DNA from: Bordetella parapertussis
GTDB taxonomy: Bacteria > Pseudomonadota > Gammaproteobacteria > Burkholderiales > SG8-41
DNA length: 64,000 nucleotides
Reading direction: 5' to 3'
Assembly: GCA_945906935.1 (NCBI GenBank)
Contig: CAMDSO010000004.1
Coordinates: forward strand, 7,427 to 71,426
Part shown: piece after piece, positions 27,486 to 37,621 of the stretch
Layout of the letters: every line of letters begins with the position of its first letter
Numbering within the stretch: position 1 is the stretch's first letter
Notes under the pieces: generated by a model
What the model was told of the DNA's origin: nothing
What the model saw: the letters and a program-made list of their open reading frames with translations, nothing else
The model's database searches: none
Program-made: the position numbers and the translations under genes

Positions 27486-28283
27486 TCAACGAACCTTGTG
27501 TCTGGCAAGAAACTTCAGCGTCACCTTCGCGCACTCGTCAGGCGCGACTGCAGCGGTGTGGTAACCATCAACCGGAATGTTGACGAGTTCCGAATTCGGA
27601 ATTTTTTGCTGATAGGACTCGAATTCCTTGATGCTGCGTCGTGGCGTGTCGTTAGCGATCACCAGCGTCGGTGCCTGCACGTCTTTCAATTCCGGATTGA
27701 GATCGACGCCGCCGACCCAGCGCACATAGGCGAGGCCCGTTGAGACGGCGGTCCTGCCCATTAGATCAACCCACCAGTCGACGCCGCGCTGTGGCATTTT
27801 CGAGCCGAGCCGCCCGCCCATGGTCCAGCGCGACCAGCTGCGCATGCCGTGCGTGGTCATGTGATCGACCCAGCCTGGAACGCCGGGGCCGGTCACCGGT
27901 GACGACACCAGCGTCACGCTTTGCACCAGATGGGGTCGCAGCACCGCGAGTTTGATCACCGGCATGCCGCCGCTTTTGCCACCGACCAGATGCACCGGCT
28001 TGTGCGGCGAGACGGCGTGGATCAGACGTGCCAGATCATCGGCGATCAGTTCGGTGCTGAAGTTGAAATTCTCCGCTACTGCACCGCTCTGGCCGAAGCC
28101 GCGCTGGTCGTAACGCACGACGCGATACTTGCGTGAAAAATGCGGCACCCAGGACCGCCAGGCTTCGGTGTTTTCGGTGAAGCCGTGCACGAAGACGACG
28201 GTTTCCGGTTCGCTCCACACATCGGTGTGATCGTCGATGGTGTAGAACATTTTCAAATCGGGGGGCAGGTCGAGTAAAGGCAT
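27486..28283 (-). CDS. Alpha/beta-fold hydrolase
   Basis: VVFVHGFTEN (oxyanion region). YDQRGFGQS. Nucleophile elbow G-K-S-G-G within HLVGGKSGGMP. Confidence 0.8.
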   Translation of the reverse strand: MPLLDLPPDLKMFYTIDDHTDVWSEPETVVFVHGFTENTEAWRSWVPHFSRKYRVVRYDQRGFGQSGAVAENFNFSTELIADDLARLIHAVSPHKPVHLVGGKSGGMPVIKLAVLRPHLVQSVTLVSSPVTGPGVPGWVDHMTTHGMRSWSRWTMGGRLGSKMPQRGVDWWVDLMGRTAVSTGLAYVRWVGGVDLNPELKDVQAPTLVIANDTPRRSIKEFESYQQKIPNSELVNIPVDGYHTAAVAPDECAKVTLKFLARHKVR

Positions 28284-28319
28284 GGCGTTGGTCCTGGGAG
28301 TAAGGTGTTGATGGCGCGG

Positions 28320-29402
28320 TCAGGCCGTGGCGTCCTGGAGGTCGGTCAGGCGATACGCCTCTACCGCTGTATTCATGTAGAGCGCTGCTTTGTCGGCGTC
28401 GGAATAGTTTTTTGTCAGATGCTTGAAGGCGTTCCACAGCACCGCATAACCGCAGGTAAATTTATCCACCGGAAAGTTGCTCTCCAGCATGCAGCGCGCA
28501 GGCCCGAATAATTCGATGGTGGTTTCGAGATAGGGCTGCCACGCTACGGCAAGCTCCTCCGAACTAACATGCGTTTCGCGCAGATGAAAATCCCAGCCGC
28601 AGCGCGGCATGCCGAAACCGCCAACTTTGACTTTCAGATTGGGAAAGGCGGCCAGTTCGCGCATGCGCCCTTTCCAGAGGGCAAAGATTTCATCGCGTTT
28701 GCCCTGATAGGGGCCGACGCCGAGGATGCCGCCAACATGATTAAGGATCACACGGGTTTCTGAATTTTTGCGCAGCAGGTTGATGAGTTCAGGCAGTTGC
28801 GGGAAAAACATCCACGCGTCGAATGACAGGCCGCATTGGGCGAGGCGCGCCACGCCTTTCTGGAAATCGGCGTTCAGACACAGTTCGCGCGAGCGCGGGT
28901 TGTGTTTGTTGACGCTGCTGTGATCGGCGGTGGCCGGGCTTTCGTCCCACGCCATGTTGTGACGGATGCCGCGCAGCCGCCCATTGCCGGCGGCGATCAG
29001 CGCATCGAGCACGGGTTGCAGCTTGTCGCCAAGTGCCAGATCGGCGTAACCGACGATACCGGCACATAACTGCGCTTTACCGAGATGGCCGCTGGCGGCC
29101 ATGGCGGCGATGCCATTGATGAATTCGACTTCGCCGACGGATTTCATTTGTGCAGGGCCGTTGGCGCGGTACATAGTCTCGCCACTTTGCACGAACACTG
29201 TTGCCAGCACATTGTGGCCGCTGTTTACATCAGCGGCGAGATCATCGAAAACATAACGCCCGCGACCGTCGAGCCAGGCGTGATGATGCGGGTCGACGAT
29301 GGGCAGCGCTGGTTCGAGAATATCTTCGCGGTAGGTAGCGTGCCAGGCGGTGAGTTCGGCAAAGGGGCGCGGCGCGGCGCGCAGCAATGGCGTACTGTGC
29401 AT
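28320..29402 (-). CDS. Amidohydrolase-2 family metal-dependent hydrolase
   Basis: IVDPHHHAW metal motif. ILNHVGG. Length of 360 aa and the TIM-barrel amidohydrolase pattern fit the family. Confidence 0.8.
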   Translation of the reverse strand: MHSTPLLRAAPRPFAELTAWHATYREDILEPALPIVDPHHHAWLDGRGRYVFDDLAADVNSGHNVLATVFVQSGETMYRANGPAQMKSVGEVEFINGIAAMAASGHLGKAQLCAGIVGYADLALGDKLQPVLDALIAAGNGRLRGIRHNMAWDESPATADHSSVNKHNPRSRELCLNADFQKGVARLAQCGLSFDAWMFFPQLPELINLLRKNSETRVILNHVGGILGVGPYQGKRDEIFALWKGRMRELAAFPNLKVKVGGFGMPRCGWDFHLRETHVSSEELAVAWQPYLETTIELFGPARCMLESNFPVDKFTCGYAVLWNAFKHLTKNYSDADKAALYMNTAVEAYRLTDLQDATA

Positions 29403-29437
29403 GGAAATTTTCTGTGAAGGAATTAAACGGGGCGCGA

Positions 29438-30418
29438 CTATTCGATCTTGACGCCGACATCCTTGATGAGTTTGGCAAACTTGGCGGTTTCGCTGGTGAT
29501 GAACTGCGCGAACTGCGCCTGGGTGCTCGGCACCGCCTCAACACCGAGTCCGGCGAAACGGTCTTTGACGTCCTGCAGGTTAAGGATGCGGACGAGTTCG
29601 GTGTTAAGTTTTGCGGTGACGTCCTTCGGCGTGCCCGTCGGCACCAATACGCCCCACCAGCTGTCGATGGCATAGCCCGGCACCCCGGCTTCGGCGACAC
29701 TCGGTACACCGGGTACCAGCGGCGTTGATTTCGGGCCCGTCACCGCCAGCGCACGCAGCTTGCCGGCTTTGACGTGCGGCAGCGCGACGGGCATGTCGGA
29801 AAATGAAATCTGGATTTGCCCACCGAGCAGATCATTGATGATCAGCGCCGAGCCCTTGTAGGGGACGTGCAGCATGCTGGTGCCTGTCATGTTCTTGAAC
29901 ATTTCCGCCGCCAGATGCGAAATGGTGCCCGCGCCGCTGGTGCCAAAGTCCATCTTGCCGCCGCCTTTCACGTAGGCGACGAGTTCCTTGATTGATTTAA
30001 CGCTGACCGACTGATTGACCACCACGATGTTCGGACCGGCGGCAACCATGGTCACCGGCGCGAAATCGCGCGCCGCATCGTAATCCAGTGATTTGTAGAG
30101 ACTACCGTTGATCGCCACCGGCGCGACGTTGCCCACCAGCAGCGTATAACCATCGGCCGGTGCGCGCGCCGCCATGGTGGTGCCGACGATGCCGCCGACG
30201 CCGCCGCGGTTGTCCACCACCACGCCCTGGCCCCAGGCTTCGGTCAGCTTCTGGCCTAGCGTGCGTGCAATGGTGTCTGAGGTGCCGCCCGCGGGAAAGG
30301 GGGCAATCAAGCGCACCGGTTTGCTCGGGTAGGGCCCTGTGTCGGCAGCACCTGCGCTGTTGATTGCGAAGAATGCGAGCGCAACGCCCGTACTGATGAT
30401 GGCGGTGGAAAGGTTCAC
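29438..30418 (-). CDS. Bug/TctC-family substrate-binding protein
   Basis: GPYPSKPVRLIAPFPAGGTSD, VDNRGGVGG, HVPYKGSALI, GKLRALAV. Confidence 0.9.
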   Translation of the reverse strand: MNLSTAIISTGVALAFFAINSAGAADTGPYPSKPVRLIAPFPAGGTSDTIARTLGQKLTEAWGQGVVVDNRGGVGGIVGTTMAARAPADGYTLLVGNVAPVAINGSLYKSLDYDAARDFAPVTMVAAGPNIVVVNQSVSVKSIKELVAYVKGGGKMDFGTSGAGTISHLAAEMFKNMTGTSMLHVPYKGSALIINDLLGGQIQISFSDMPVALPHVKAGKLRALAVTGPKSTPLVPGVPSVAEAGVPGYAIDSWWGVLVPTGTPKDVTAKLNTELVRILNLQDVKDRFAGLGVEAVPSTQAQFAQFITSETAKFAKLIKDVGVKIE

Positions 30419-30546
30419 TGGAAGTCTCCTCGATGTGCCGCAGGTGGGGCCGCGGCTTGAATGAAAGATCTAGCGCTAGTCTGCAACAAGGGCTGCGGTG
30501 GCGCAAGCCGCTCGCGCAAGCGGACGTCGATTGACGTGGCTCTATT

Positions 30547-31527
30547 TTATTCTCGCTGTATGCCGGCGTCTTTTACGACCTCGGCCCATTTGCGGATGTC
30601 GGCCTCGATCAGAGCTGTGAACTCTGCCGGCGTGTTGCCGACGGCAGTGGCGCCTTCGCCCTTGAGGTGCTGGCTGAATTCCGGCGAACGGACGATTTTG
30701 GCGATCTCGCGGTGCAATCGTTCAATCACTGGTTTGGGGGTGCCGGCCGGTGCGAGGATGCCGTTCCAGGCGGTGGCTTCATAACCGGGCAGCGCATCGG
30801 CGATCGGTGGCACATGCGGCAGGATCGGCAGACGGTGCCGCGTGCTCACGCCGAGGGCGCGCACACGGCCGGCTTTCTCCTGCGTTACCACGGTACCCGC
30901 CGAGGCGATGAAGTAGAGCTGGATTTCTCCCGCGACGAGTGCAGTCAACACCTGCGGGCTGGCCTTGTAGGGGACATGCGTGATTTGTAGTCGCGCCATT
31001 GAGCGCATGAGTTCGGCGCCGAGGTGACCCAGGCTGCCGCTGCCGACCGAACCATAGTTGAGGGTGCCGGGTTTGGCTTTTGCCAGCGCAATCATTTCCT
31101 GCGTGGTTTTGACCGGCGAGTCGCTGCCAACGATCAACACGGTTGAAACCGTGCTCACCAGCGTGACCGGGGTAAAAGACTTCACGGTGTCATAGGGCAG
31201 CGATTTGAACAGGCTGGGATTCACCGCATGCGACGGAAATACCATCACCAGCGTGTGACCGTCGGCGGGCGCAGCGGCCACCAGTTGTGAGCCGATGACG
31301 CCGCTCGCACCGGGACGGTTATCAATGACCACCGGTTGGCCGAGGCTTTCCGCAAGGCGCGGTGCGATGAAGCGGGCGAGGATATCGGTGACGCCACCGG
31401 CGCCAGTGGGCACCACCAGCCGCAACGGTCGCTGTGGAAAATCCTGTGCCACCGCGAAAGCGGTGACGTGAAGCAGCGCGCCGGCGGCGGCTGTTTGCAA
31501 TACGATTCGGATCATGATGCAGTTCAC
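30547..31527 (-). CDS. Bug/TctC-family substrate-binding protein
   Basis: AQDFPQRPLRLVVPTGAGGVTD, IDNRPGASG, HVPYKASPQV, GRVRALGV. The start is ATG 31527 or 31515. Confidence 0.9.
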   Translation of the reverse strand: MNCIMIRIVLQTAAAGALLHVTAFAVAQDFPQRPLRLVVPTGAGGVTDILARFIAPRLAESLGQPVVIDNRPGASGVIGSQLVAAAPADGHTLVMVFPSHAVNPSLFKSLPYDTVKSFTPVTLVSTVSTVLIVGSDSPVKTTQEMIALAKAKPGTLNYGSVGSGSLGHLGAELMRSMARLQITHVPYKASPQVLTALVAGEIQLYFIASAGTVVTQEKAGRVRALGVSTRHRLPILPHVPPIADALPGYEATAWNGILAPAGTPKPVIERLHREIAKIVRSPEFSQHLKGEGATAVGNTPAEFTALIEADIRKWAEVVKDAGIQRE

Positions 31528-31635
31528 TCCAGCGGACGCACGGGCACCGTGTCGGCACGAATGTAAACACAGGCACTGCGCGCCGTCCAGACGTCTGTGG
31601 CATCATGCGCACCTGAATATTTTGGGACCACAATC

Positions 31636-32601
31636 ATGAATCCAGCTTTGCGTGTTATGACGCTGCTCGTGCTGAGCAGCGCTTACGGCCTCGCCGGCGC
31701 AGCCTGGCCCGAGCGGCCGGTGCGCATCATCGTGGTGTCACAGCCCGGGGCGGCGAGTGACACCCTGTTTCGTCTGCTGGCGCCAAAGTTTACCGAGTAC
31801 CTCGGGCAGCAGTTCGTCGTCGAGAACCGTGCTGGTGCGAGCGGGAACATTGGTGCCGAAGCGGTTGCCCGTGCTGTGCCAGACGGCTATACGCTGGGCA
31901 CGCTGTTTTCGTCGCACACCAGCAATGTTTCGGTGATGAAGAACGTACCCTTTGACCTGACGCGCGATTTTGCACCAATCACCAATGTGGCGACGCTGCC
32001 GAACATTCTGATCTCTCATCCGTCGCTTCCGGCGAAGAATCTGCAGGAGTTGATTGCCTTCTCCAAGACCCGCCCCGGACAGTTGCAGTACGCCACCTCC
32101 GGCGTTGGTGCCAACGCGCATCTGTCGATGGCCTTGCTGCTGAATTTGACAAAGTTGACTATGGTGCATGTGCCCTACCGTTCGACGCCAAGTGCGCTCA
32201 CCGATGTGATTGCCGGTCACGTGCCTTTGATGATGTCGAATATTGTCGTTGCCGTGCAGCACGTGCGTAGCACGCGGCTGCGAGCTTATGGCGTGACCAG
32301 CGCGGTGCGTTCGAGCGCCGCACCGGATTTGCCCACCATCGCAGAGATGGGCCTGCCCGGCTATGAAGCCGTGCAATGGTACAGTCTGGTCGGCCCCGCC
32401 GGATTGCCGCGCGACATCGTAATGAAAATGCATGCTGCCGTCTTGCGCGGGCTGCAGGACGCGGTGGTGAAAAAACGTCTTGCCGAAGATGGCGCCGAAC
32501 CGACGCCGAATGCGACGCCGGAGGAGTTCGGCGCGATGCTCAAGTCGGAGACGGCGAAGTGGGCGAAGGTGGTGAAGGCGGCGGGGATTAAAGAGGAATG
32601 A
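31636..32601 (+). CDS. Bug/TctC-family substrate-binding protein
   Basis: ATG 31636 (MNPALRVMTLLVLSSAYGLAGA), AWPERPVRIIVVSQPGAASD, VENRAGASG, HVPYRSTPSA, TRLRAYGV. Confidence 0.88.
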   Translation: MNPALRVMTLLVLSSAYGLAGAAWPERPVRIIVVSQPGAASDTLFRLLAPKFTEYLGQQFVVENRAGASGNIGAEAVARAVPDGYTLGTLFSSHTSNVSVMKNVPFDLTRDFAPITNVATLPNILISHPSLPAKNLQELIAFSKTRPGQLQYATSGVGANAHLSMALLLNLTKLTMVHVPYRSTPSALTDVIAGHVPLMMSNIVVAVQHVRSTRLRAYGVTSAVRSSAAPDLPTIAEMGLPGYEAVQWYSLVGPAGLPRDIVMKMHAAVLRGLQDAVVKKRLAEDGAEPTPNATPEEFGAMLKSETAKWAKVVKAAGIKEE

Positions 32602-32756
32602 GAGATTCACCCCTATCATTCCCATGGCCTTGGGTGGATGTATGGCATTGGTAGGGGTGCACTGCAGATCAGCGGCGTTTTGGGTTGCTGGTTTTCTGGG
32701 CTTACCCTGTAGGGCCACCGAGCCGCGCCCGATTAATCAGGGCGTATCAAAAAAAC

Positions 32757-34415
32757 TCACACATCCTCGCCATAAAACATCCGCCGGTAGGTGATATTGA
32801 GCACATTGCGCGAGATGCGCATGTCCATCACCATCGGCCCGTCGCCGCTTAGAAAATCATCGACGCCGGCAGCCACTTCATCGAGTGTGCGTGCAGTAAC
32901 GCCGCGCACACGGAAGCCTTTGGCAACGGCGGCGAAGTCGGGTGATTCGACGTTGGCCAGTGCGGGTTCGAGTTTGGCCGCCTTCAATTTGTGATATTCC
33001 GCGCCCAGTGTCTCGTCGTTCATGATGACGAAGAGCAGTTTGGCGCCAGTGCGCCGTAAGGTGTCGAGTTCCTGGATGTTTTGCATGGCGCCGCCGTCGC
33101 CTTCGATGGCGACCAGCGGTTTGCCCTTGAGGGCCACGGCCGCACCGATGGCGGTGGCGAAGGTCTGACCGATCGAACCGAAGCCGTTCGAATAAATCTC
33201 GAAGGGGCGCGGTTTTTTCATCACCATCACCGGAAACGCAAACGAGTGACCGAGGCCGATGGCGACGCCAACGTCCGCCGGCAGGTGTTCGTCCAGCACG
33301 CGGCAGGCTTCCCTCGGGTCGACGGTGCCGGCCTCGATTTCGTATTCAGCCGGATCACGGTCGGCGTTGAGCAGAATCTTTTTGACCGCCGCTGTGCGGT
33401 AACCGTCCTGCGAAAAATTCTCGCCGGCGAGCAGTTCCTCGATCATCTGCGTGGTGACGGCGGCGTCTCCTTGCACATAACAATCGGCGGCGCGGCCGTT
33501 GCCCATCACCACCGCGGGTTCGGCATCGATGTGGATGATTTTGCCGTGCGGAAACAGATAACCGCCTTCGATGGTGTGCGGGTTGAGACTCGCCCCGATT
33601 GCAATCGCGCAGTCGGCCTCTTCAAATAATCCCATCACCGCCTTGGTGGAGAACAGGCCGGCAACACCGGCGTGGTATTCAGGATCGCCAAAAGAGCCCT
33701 TGGCAAGCAGCGAGGTGGCGGTCAATGCGCCGAGGCGTTTAGCCAGCTTGGCGGCCGCTTCCAGCGCGCCAGATTTGATCGCGCCGCGGCCGGCGATGAC
33801 CACGCACTTTTTACTCGCACGTATGATTTCAACGGCGGCCTTCAGACGGTCGACCGCCGGGCGGATTTTCTGCTGGCCGTTGAACAGCGTGGTCGACGGT
33901 TCATAGTCTTCACCATCGGCATCGCATTCCATCTTCTGCACGTCCATCGGCACCGCCAGCACCACCGGCCGCAGTTCGGTGCGTGCCATGTGAAAGGCCT
34001 GTCGCACTGCGCTCTCGGCGAACGCCGGCTTCAACACTTCGACGTAACCGGCGCCGGTGGCACTGACGAGGCGTCGCTGGTCGATCGCCTGGTTGATCAG
34101 ATCGTTGTTGAGTTCGGTGGCGCTGGTGCAGATCACCACCGGAATCTGGCAGCGTGTGACGCTGACGAGCGAGGTCGTCATGCGCGTGATGCCGGGGCCA
34201 TGCGTGACGCTACATACGCCAACCTTACCGGTGGCGCGCGCCCAGCCTTCGGCCATGGTCAGTGCAGCACCCTCGTCGCGCGCATCGACGTTTTCCACGC
34301 CGGGCACTTTTGACATCACTGCGGCCCAGTTCATGTTGCCGTCGCCCAGGAGGCCGAAGATGGTAGTGGTGCCTTCCTTGACGAAAGCGTTGGCGATGGC
34401 TTCGTAGACTTTCAT
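32757..34415 (-). CDS. Thiamine-pyrophosphate-dependent enzyme (acetolactate synthase large subunit / benzoylformate decarboxylase-like)
   Basis: ATG 34415 (MKVYEAIANAFVKEGTTTIFGLLGDGN). TPP motif IEGDGGAMQNIQELDTLRRTGAKLLFVIMND. Three-domain length of 552 aa. Confidence 0.85.
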   Translation of the reverse strand: MKVYEAIANAFVKEGTTTIFGLLGDGNMNWAAVMSKVPGVENVDARDEGAALTMAEGWARATGKVGVCSVTHGPGITRMTTSLVSVTRCQIPVVICTSATELNNDLINQAIDQRRLVSATGAGYVEVLKPAFAESAVRQAFHMARTELRPVVLAVPMDVQKMECDADGEDYEPSTTLFNGQQKIRPAVDRLKAAVEIIRASKKCVVIAGRGAIKSGALEAAAKLAKRLGALTATSLLAKGSFGDPEYHAGVAGLFSTKAVMGLFEEADCAIAIGASLNPHTIEGGYLFPHGKIIHIDAEPAVVMGNGRAADCYVQGDAAVTTQMIEELLAGENFSQDGYRTAAVKKILLNADRDPAEYEIEAGTVDPREACRVLDEHLPADVGVAIGLGHSFAFPVMVMKKPRPFEIYSNGFGSIGQTFATAIGAAVALKGKPLVAIEGDGGAMQNIQELDTLRRTGAKLLFVIMNDETLGAEYHKLKAAKLEPALANVESPDFAAVAKGFRVRGVTARTLDEVAAGVDDFLSGDGPMVMDMRISRNVLNITYRRMFYGEDV

Positions 34416-34501
34416 TGTTAAAGGTGTCCTTGTTGTTTGCGACCTGGTTTTCACCTGTCCCCGCGTGGGGGGAAGGCCGTGGTTAAGGCGAACCGCCGTT
34501 G

Positions 34502-34537
34502 CCCCCACCCTAACCCTCGCCCGTTGGCGGGGGCGGG
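34502..34537 (-). repeat. G-rich hairpin repeat (reverse orientation)
   Basis: CCCCCACCCTAACCCTCGCCCGTTGGCGGGGGCGGG. Confidence 0.65.
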
Positions 34538-34564
34538 TATCGATTTACCGGTGAGGCCGAGTGG

Positions 34565-35539
34565 TTATTCCGTTTTCGCGCCCGACAATTTGATCAACTT
34601 CGAATTTTGCACGATCTCGTTGTGCAGGAAGGTCGCGAATTGTTCCGGCGTGGTGAGTTGGACGTCGAGACCCTGTTTGTTCAAGGCGTTTTTGTATTCA
34701 TTACTGCCAGCGGCTTTCACTGCCGCCGCATAAAGCTTCGCCATGATTTCTTTCGGCGTTGCCGACGGCGCGACGATATTCCACCACGTGGTGCGTTCGT
34801 AACCGGTGAGGCCTGCTTCATGCAGCGTCGGCACCTTCGGTAAAACTGCGGCGCGTTTCATGCCGGTCACCGCCAGCGCTTTCAATTTGCCGGCTTCGAG
34901 TAGCGGCAGCGTGGCGCCGAGCCCGGGATAACTCATTTCCACCTGCCCCGAGGCGGTGGCAATCGCTGAATCTGCAGAACCTTTATACGGCACGTGGGAA
35001 ATTTTGACAGCGGCGAGCTGGTTGAATAATTCTCCCATCAGGTGTGACGAGCTGCCGATGCCCGAAGAACCATAGTTAAGCTGGCCGGGTTTGGCGCGTG
35101 CCAGCGCGACGAGCTCCTGCACGCTGCGTGCCGGTAACGAGGGGTGCACTACCAGCACCGCCATACCCAGCGCGACGATGGTGGTCGAAGCGAAATCGCG
35201 CTCGAGGTCGTAAGGCAGTTTGGAGCGCAGTGCGGGTTGCAGGGTGTCGGCCGCCGCCATCAGGTAAATGGTGTAGCCGTCGGCCGGTGCGCGTGCGGCA
35301 AGTTCCACGGCGATCGCACCACCGGCGCCGCCGCGGTTCTCGACCACCACGGGCTGTCCAAGCTGTTCGGTGAGTAGCGGCGCGAGCAGACGCGCCACCG
35401 AATCGGGCGAACTGCCGGCGCTAAAGCCGACGATGAGACGCAGCGGTTTTTGCGGATAGCTGGTTTGCGCGGTGGCCGCACCGCTGGTAAGCAAGCTCGC
35501 CGCCGCGCCAGCCTGGAGCATTATGTGCATCTTGTTCAT
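34565..35539 (-). CDS. Bug/TctC-family substrate-binding protein
   Basis: ATG 35539 overlaps the upstream stop (ATGA). QTSYPQKPLRLIVGFSAGSSPD, VENRGGAGG, HVPYKGSADS, GKLKALAV. Confidence 0.9.
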   Translation of the reverse strand: MNKMHIMLQAGAAASLLTSGAATAQTSYPQKPLRLIVGFSAGSSPDSVARLLAPLLTEQLGQPVVVENRGGAGGAIAVELAARAPADGYTIYLMAAADTLQPALRSKLPYDLERDFASTTIVALGMAVLVVHPSLPARSVQELVALARAKPGQLNYGSSGIGSSSHLMGELFNQLAAVKISHVPYKGSADSAIATASGQVEMSYPGLGATLPLLEAGKLKALAVTGMKRAAVLPKVPTLHEAGLTGYERTTWWNIVAPSATPKEIMAKLYAAAVKAAGSNEYKNALNKQGLDVQLTTPEQFATFLHNEIVQNSKLIKLSGAKTE

Positions 35540-36549
35540 GCGCGCACAATCCGGTTGCTGAGGATGCCGACGCCTTCGATTTCGCACGACACCACATCGC
35601 CGGGTTTGATCCAGCGGTCGAGTTCGAAGCCGACACTAAACGCAGGCGGGCCGGAACCGAAGAAATCGCCGACGTTGACCATCTCGTCACGCGACACGTG
35701 GGCGATGAACTGTGCGAAGGTGAAGGCCCAGCCGCTGATCTTGCCGTCGAACCAGACTTCACCGTTGACGCGATTGATCATACGCAGGCCCGTCACCTCC
35801 GGCACTTCGTCGGCGGTGACCAGATACGGCCCCATGATTTTCGAGGTGGCGAAATCCTTCGACTTCGCGGGTCCCATGCGCAGACTCATCTCCGGCGGTT
35901 GCACGTCGCGCAAGCCCAAATCGTTGAACACCGTGTAACCGGCGATGTGTTCGTGCGCGCGTTCAACCGGGATATCCTTGCCCGCCTTGCCGATATACAG
36001 GCCGAGCTCGAATTCGTAATCGAGCTTCTCGCTGTATTTAGGCCAGCGGATCGGTTCCATGTGACCAGCGACTGCCGCGCGGCTCGGTTTCCAGAAAATC
36101 GGCATGCTGCGCGCGGCTTCGGGCATGCGGTCTTTTTCGGCGATCTTGAAGAGGCGCTCCATGCCAACGCGATAGTGATCGAGCAACAAAATGCCGTCAC
36201 GGATCATCGGTGGCCTCGGCACCGGCGCGAGCCAGCGGATTTCCGCTTCGCCAAAGGCAAGGCGCTGACCATGCGGGCCGAGTGCCAGTGCATCGTTGCA
36301 CAGCCGTTCGCCGGCATACGCCACCGCCTGTTCCGCGGCAGCGCGAGCGGGCGCACCGCCTTCGAGAAATTCGATCATGTCGGGCGGCACGAGAGCGGCG
36401 GCCTGGCGGCGCGCAGCGTTGCTATCGGCGGACTCGGCAAACAGCCCTGTGCAGGCGGCATTCAAGTCGATGATGGTGCCGTGCGCGAGGGCGCCGATGC
36501 GCTCGAAGCGGCCGAGCTGCGTGTGCACTTCAAAGCTGACGAGTTTCAT
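35536..36549 (-). CDS. Fumarylacetoacetate hydrolase (FAH) family protein
   Basis: DYEFELGLYIGKAGKDI, GYTVFNDLGLRD, KSKDFATSKIMGPYLVT, VNGEVWFDG, GDFFGSGPP. This is a FAA_hydrolase domain pattern. Confidence 0.85.
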   Translation of the reverse strand: MKLVSFEVHTQLGRFERIGALAHGTIIDLNAACTGLFAESADSNAARRQAAALVPPDMIEFLEGGAPARAAAEQAVAYAGERLCNDALALGPHGQRLAFGEAEIRWLAPVPRPPMIRDGILLLDHYRVGMERLFKIAEKDRMPEAARSMPIFWKPSRAAVAGHMEPIRWPKYSEKLDYEFELGLYIGKAGKDIPVERAHEHIAGYTVFNDLGLRDVQPPEMSLRMGPAKSKDFATSKIMGPYLVTADEVPEVTGLRMINRVNGEVWFDGKISGWAFTFAQFIAHVSRDEMVNVGDFFGSGPPAFSVGFELDRWIKPGDVVSCEIEGVGILSNRIVRA

Positions 36550-36691
36550 CCTTGTCCTGCGGTAGAATTGTTTTTTATGGGTCGCGTCGCAGTCGGTGCG
36601 CTGCGGCAGACTCTATCATGCTGAAGGTCGGCGCTGCTACTGCGGCGGCGGTTGTAAAAAATCAAAAGTAGACGGGGAGACGTTTGTAGTC

Positions 36692-37495
36692 ATGGAAAAA
36701 CTCATCATCACCAATTGCGCGACGGATTGCTCGATGTATCCCGAGTGGGTCAACCGCTTTCAGAATTCCGAGGTGCTGGCCAAGTCGGTAGCGGCGGCCT
36801 GTGCGAAGGGCTCGGCGATCGCGCATATCCATGCGCCACCCGCTGATTTCAAGGCGTGGGAATCACATACCAAGGCGATACGCGCGCATTGTGATGTCAT
36901 GATCCAGTATGGCATCTCGATCCAGAGCATCGAGCAACGGCGCGTTGTCATGAAAAACAGGCCGGAGATGATTTCGGTGGCGGTGGGGGCGCATAACCTC
37001 GCCTTTGTCGGCCGTGATCTGATGTTGCTGCATCCGCGCGCCGAGTTGGCCGAGCTGATGCGCATGTGTCGCGACATGGGGGTGAAGCCCGAGTTTGAGG
37101 TGTGTGCGCTGGGCGATCTTTGGCTGATCGACGATCTCTGCCAGAAAGGGCTGGTCGATGATCCGATCATGATGACGATATTCTTCGGCCGCCCGGGTGG
37201 CAGCTGGTCGCCGCCGTCACCCGAGGAATTTTTGCATCGCACGAAGCATCTGCCGAAGGGCTCGTATGCGATGGCCAGTGTCACCGGCGCGACGCATCTG
37301 ATGCTCGAAACCATGGCGGTGATGACCGGCGCGCATGTGCGCGTCGGCACCGAGGACGAGCCTTATCTGAAACCGGGCCTGCTCGGTGATAACGATGATC
37401 ACGTCGCGCGGATTGCGGGCATTGCGGACATGTTCGGGCGTGGTGTGGCGACGATCGCCGAGGCGCGGGCGACGTTGAAGATTCCGCAGTCATGA
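36692..37495 (+). CDS. BKACE family enzyme (3-keto-5-aminohexanoate cleavage enzyme-like, DUF849)
   Basis: ATG 36692 after GGGGAGA. MEKLIITNCATD...AIAHIHAP, HVRVGTEDEPY. The ~267 aa length is typical. Confidence 0.75.
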   Translation: MEKLIITNCATDCSMYPEWVNRFQNSEVLAKSVAAACAKGSAIAHIHAPPADFKAWESHTKAIRAHCDVMIQYGISIQSIEQRRVVMKNRPEMISVAVGAHNLAFVGRDLMLLHPRAELAELMRMCRDMGVKPEFEVCALGDLWLIDDLCQKGLVDDPIMMTIFFGRPGGSWSPPSPEEFLHRTKHLPKGSYAMASVTGATHLMLETMAVMTGAHVRVGTEDEPYLKPGLLGDNDDHVARIAGIADMFGRGVATIAEARATLKIPQS

Positions 37496-37500
37496 AATAA

Positions 37501-37577
37501 CGCCTTCCCCTGCGCGTAACGCGGGCGGGGGAAGGCGGCGGTTTCGCCCCCATCCCACCTGCCCCCGCAGGTGGGGG
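37501..37577. repeat. Pair of G-rich hairpin repeats
   Basis: CGCCTTCCCC-N17-GGGGAAGGCG (37501-37537, perfect 10-bp arms). CCCCCATCCCACCTGC-CCC-GCAGGTGGGGG (37546-37577, perfect 9-bp arms). Confidence 0.7.
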
Positions 37578-37621
37578 AAGAATTAAAACCCTGTAGTGGC
37601 CAAGTCATTGAGGACAAAAAA

